Source: Schmidtea polychroa
Lineage: Eukaryota
Length of the DNA stretch: 64,000 bases
NCBI GenBank assembly: GCA_044892525.1
Contig: CM097887.1
Coordinates: 1,488,001-1,552,000 of the forward strand
Reading direction: 5' to 3'
The notes under the pieces were generated by a model. The model did no database searches, was not told where the DNA came from, and saw only the letters and a program-made list of their open reading frames with translations. Below are positions 61,306 through 64,000 of the stretch, piece after piece. The stretch's first letter is position 1; every line of letters starts with the position of its first letter. Position numbers and translations under genes: made by a program.

Positions 61306-62794
61306 CAAGGGTTCTAACCCTTTTCAAACTTATGGACCCCATAAAGATATAATTTGTACCGACGGACCCCTGAAATGTTAAAAAATTATTAAATTGATTG
61401 TAAAACACATACATTTTTTAATAATTATTTATAAATCTGTTCAGCTTCAAACAAAAATAATAAAAAATAATTAAGATTAATGTGATGGTTGCTGCTGCTT
61501 TGCTGAAACGGGATGCTAATACGAGGGTTAGTCTTTGATAGCGCAATACGCATATCTGGTTCTGCATCTGGTTCTGCATCCAATCTATTTCTAGTTTGGG
61601 TTTTCATGATAAGAAGTGTTGAAAACCCAGATTCGCATAAATAACTTGTTGCGAATGGAATCAGAGACTCTAAAGCTCTTTTGGCAAGAATAGGATACCC
61701 CTCCAACAATGAGCACCAAAACTCTGATAAATTCTTTGTTTCAAATTCATGTTTAACAATTTCCTTAGTTCGCAAATCAATTAAATCGTCCTTGGATATG
61801 TCATCATCGTCGACGCTCTTAAGGTTAATAATAAATGGATTACGAATCCATGCAGCAGAATATCAGATGACATGTCTTGAATTCTTGAGTGAATTTCATC
61901 ATTTGATAGTGGAATTTTTTCAACTGCATTGCGTGACTGTTTGCCACAAACCAACTCAACCATTTCCCAACCACATGGCTTTATAAGTGTTTCACCAATT
62001 GTGTGTGGTTTTTTGTTTTTCGCGATTAAATAGGCCACTTTGTAGGATGCCTCCAGAGCTGGTTTTTGAGTTTGTGCAAAACCTAATGGCGGTAGAGTTC
62101 CCGAAGCCATAAATCGAGCTCGTTTTTGTTTGAAAATACTCAACTCATCTTTAATATTTTCTGAGTGCATCTTTTGTAAATGTTCCCGTAATTTTGCAGG
62201 CTTCAGACTTTGATTGCATAGCACTTTTTCACATAAAAAACATTGAGGTTTCTGAGTTCTGCATGATCAGTAGTGAAAGTAAATCCATATTCAACGTAAC
62301 TATCGATAAATTTTCTCTTTTTGTTGGACATGTCAAGATTATACTGTAAATTAAATGGTTAATTTTTAATATAATGATTTTTATAATTTCATACCAAATA
62401 TGCAGTACACTACTTTAACTTACCAAATATAATTGTGCAGGAACAATTGACAGAATTAAGTAACACACGCAAGTTAAAAGAAAAAAAACTTCAACTAAAT
62501 TAAACTTTATTATAGTAACAATAAAAACTTCGAATCAATGCAAAAACAGAATAGTATCATAGCAACGAGTATTTACAAAAAGTTGCCTACTGAGACTTAA
62601 ATTTTTTAACATAAAATTCAAATGTTAGAATTTTGATGCTACAAAACAGTAAAGAAATGTTACTTATTATTTTAGTTACAATATCAAGATAACATAAAAA
62701 GTTTTTTACAAAATTTTGTAAATAGTGCCACGAACTACTTGGAACCCGTTCGCAGACCCCCTGGTGGTCCATGGACCCCAGGTTTAGAGCCTCG
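61306..62794 (-). mobile_element. Buster/ZBED5-like hAT element with an internal deletion
   Basis: BED finger region (C..C...LCNQSLKPAKLREHL), KPHTIGETLIKP, then an abrupt jump to WIRNPF and the dimerization motif IPFATSYLCESGFS. Degenerate TIRs (CAAGGGTTCTAACCC / GGTTTAGAGCCTCG) with GGACCCC subterminal motifs; both flanks have a central TA but are not identical. Confidence 0.9.
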
Positions 62795-62866
62795 TTCTAT
62801 AATGGTGAACTAACCAAATTATCAATAATCATTTTAGTAATCACCATATTCATAATCGTAATAATG

Positions 62867-62902
<36 letters not shown>

Positions 62903-64000
62903 GGAATAATGACGGTTTTGGAAGATGAGGGTAGCACATCGACACATTCGTCCTAAATCAATAATATAGGACAGGGCCTAAAGTAATATTTATAAAAGTA
63001 ATATTTATTTAAATTAAGTTTTTTTGAAACTGCATGATAAGGCAAAAAAAATTAATAAGTTAGTTTTAACCCAAAATGAAAATGAATCTGTCAAAAATGA
63101 TATCACTGACATCATATCAGTATAAATAATATTCGAGTGGGGTTTTCCAATACTTAACTCAGCGCTATATTTTTGTTTGTATTATTATTTAATAATTAAC
63201 TTAGTATAACAGTATTAAAGGAAATAATTGATTAATTGGAAATATAATTCATCATTCAAAGGAAAGTCGATTTTTGATAACTTTGAAATAAAAATATCAT
63301 GCTGTCGATTAAAATTAAGTTATTGTAAAATTTAAAATTTTCTCTATCGAATAATTATATAATGAAACAAGAATCCAAACATTTACTTATTTGTGTAAAT
63401 AATTGTAAATACAATTGTAAATAAATTATATTTTAAAAACCTCCCACCCCTCTTTCGAGATAAAACATTATTGTTATGTATGTCCCATGCATGGTTATCA
63501 GAATCAAACCATGACAAGACATTCACAGAATTACAGTAGGGGATAAAATAAGCTCAATGTCAACCTTTTGCCTTTTAAATCTGATGTAGTTTATCAAGAG
63601 TACAATTAAAAAGACATTAAAATAAATTATATTGTAATCAAAATTCAGAACACAATTAGAACGCTGAAGTTGCTAAAAGATCAACAATGTTATGTGAAAA
63701 TTCATCAGTTTATTTCACCATATCTTGCTATGACAGGCATATGACAAAAATGTATGTTTTCAGTCAAACCTTGAACTGAAACGGGAAAGGTTCTAACCTT
63801 CGTTTCTAGATAGGAGAGGGGATAAAATAAGAGGAAGAAGCATTTGAATGAACAAATGATGTCATCAAATGGTGCTGTGATAAGGCACTTCTACAGTGCG
63901 ATCCAAGTAATGCCGAAGTTCTTCGACAACGTCATTTATATTTTTGTGTAAATGCTGATGTAATCATAAACACTGACAATTTACATAATTTATATTTTAA

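Overview
AT-rich, intron-rich eukaryotic DNA, most consistent with an invertebrate animal (species not determinable). There are no prokaryotic features, CRISPR arrays, rRNA or recognisable tRNA genes. I reconstructed four multi-exon host genes by hand from GT-AG introns and frame continuity: a beta-1,4-Gal/GalNAc transferase (GT7, +, 9177-23703), a PPP1R16A/B (MYPT3/TIMAP/MYPT-75D)-like PP1 regulator (-, 30933-43569), ARIH1/ariadne-1 (+, 47823-53135) and NAF1 (-, about 55138-57214). Introns and spacers are packed with Penelope-like retroelements, hAT elements and MITEs (several with perfect 8-bp TSDs), a Tigger/pogo remnant, a Sola-like element and four minisatellites. Most interesting: (1) an unrecognised gene family with three dispersed, mutually alignable members (intact 249-aa ORF at 3493-4242; decayed copies at about 25700-26137 and 58184-58701), one of which runs directly into a 64-unit, 30-bp (10-codon) tandem array; (2) a Sola-like element whose five exons splice into an open 461-aa protein that appears to lack the catalytic core; (3) a proteasome alpha-6 gene fragment inserted inside a Penelope element; (4) a GT7 enzyme with an apparent second, C-terminal membrane anchor. 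All alignments and translations were done by eye; no database searches were run.
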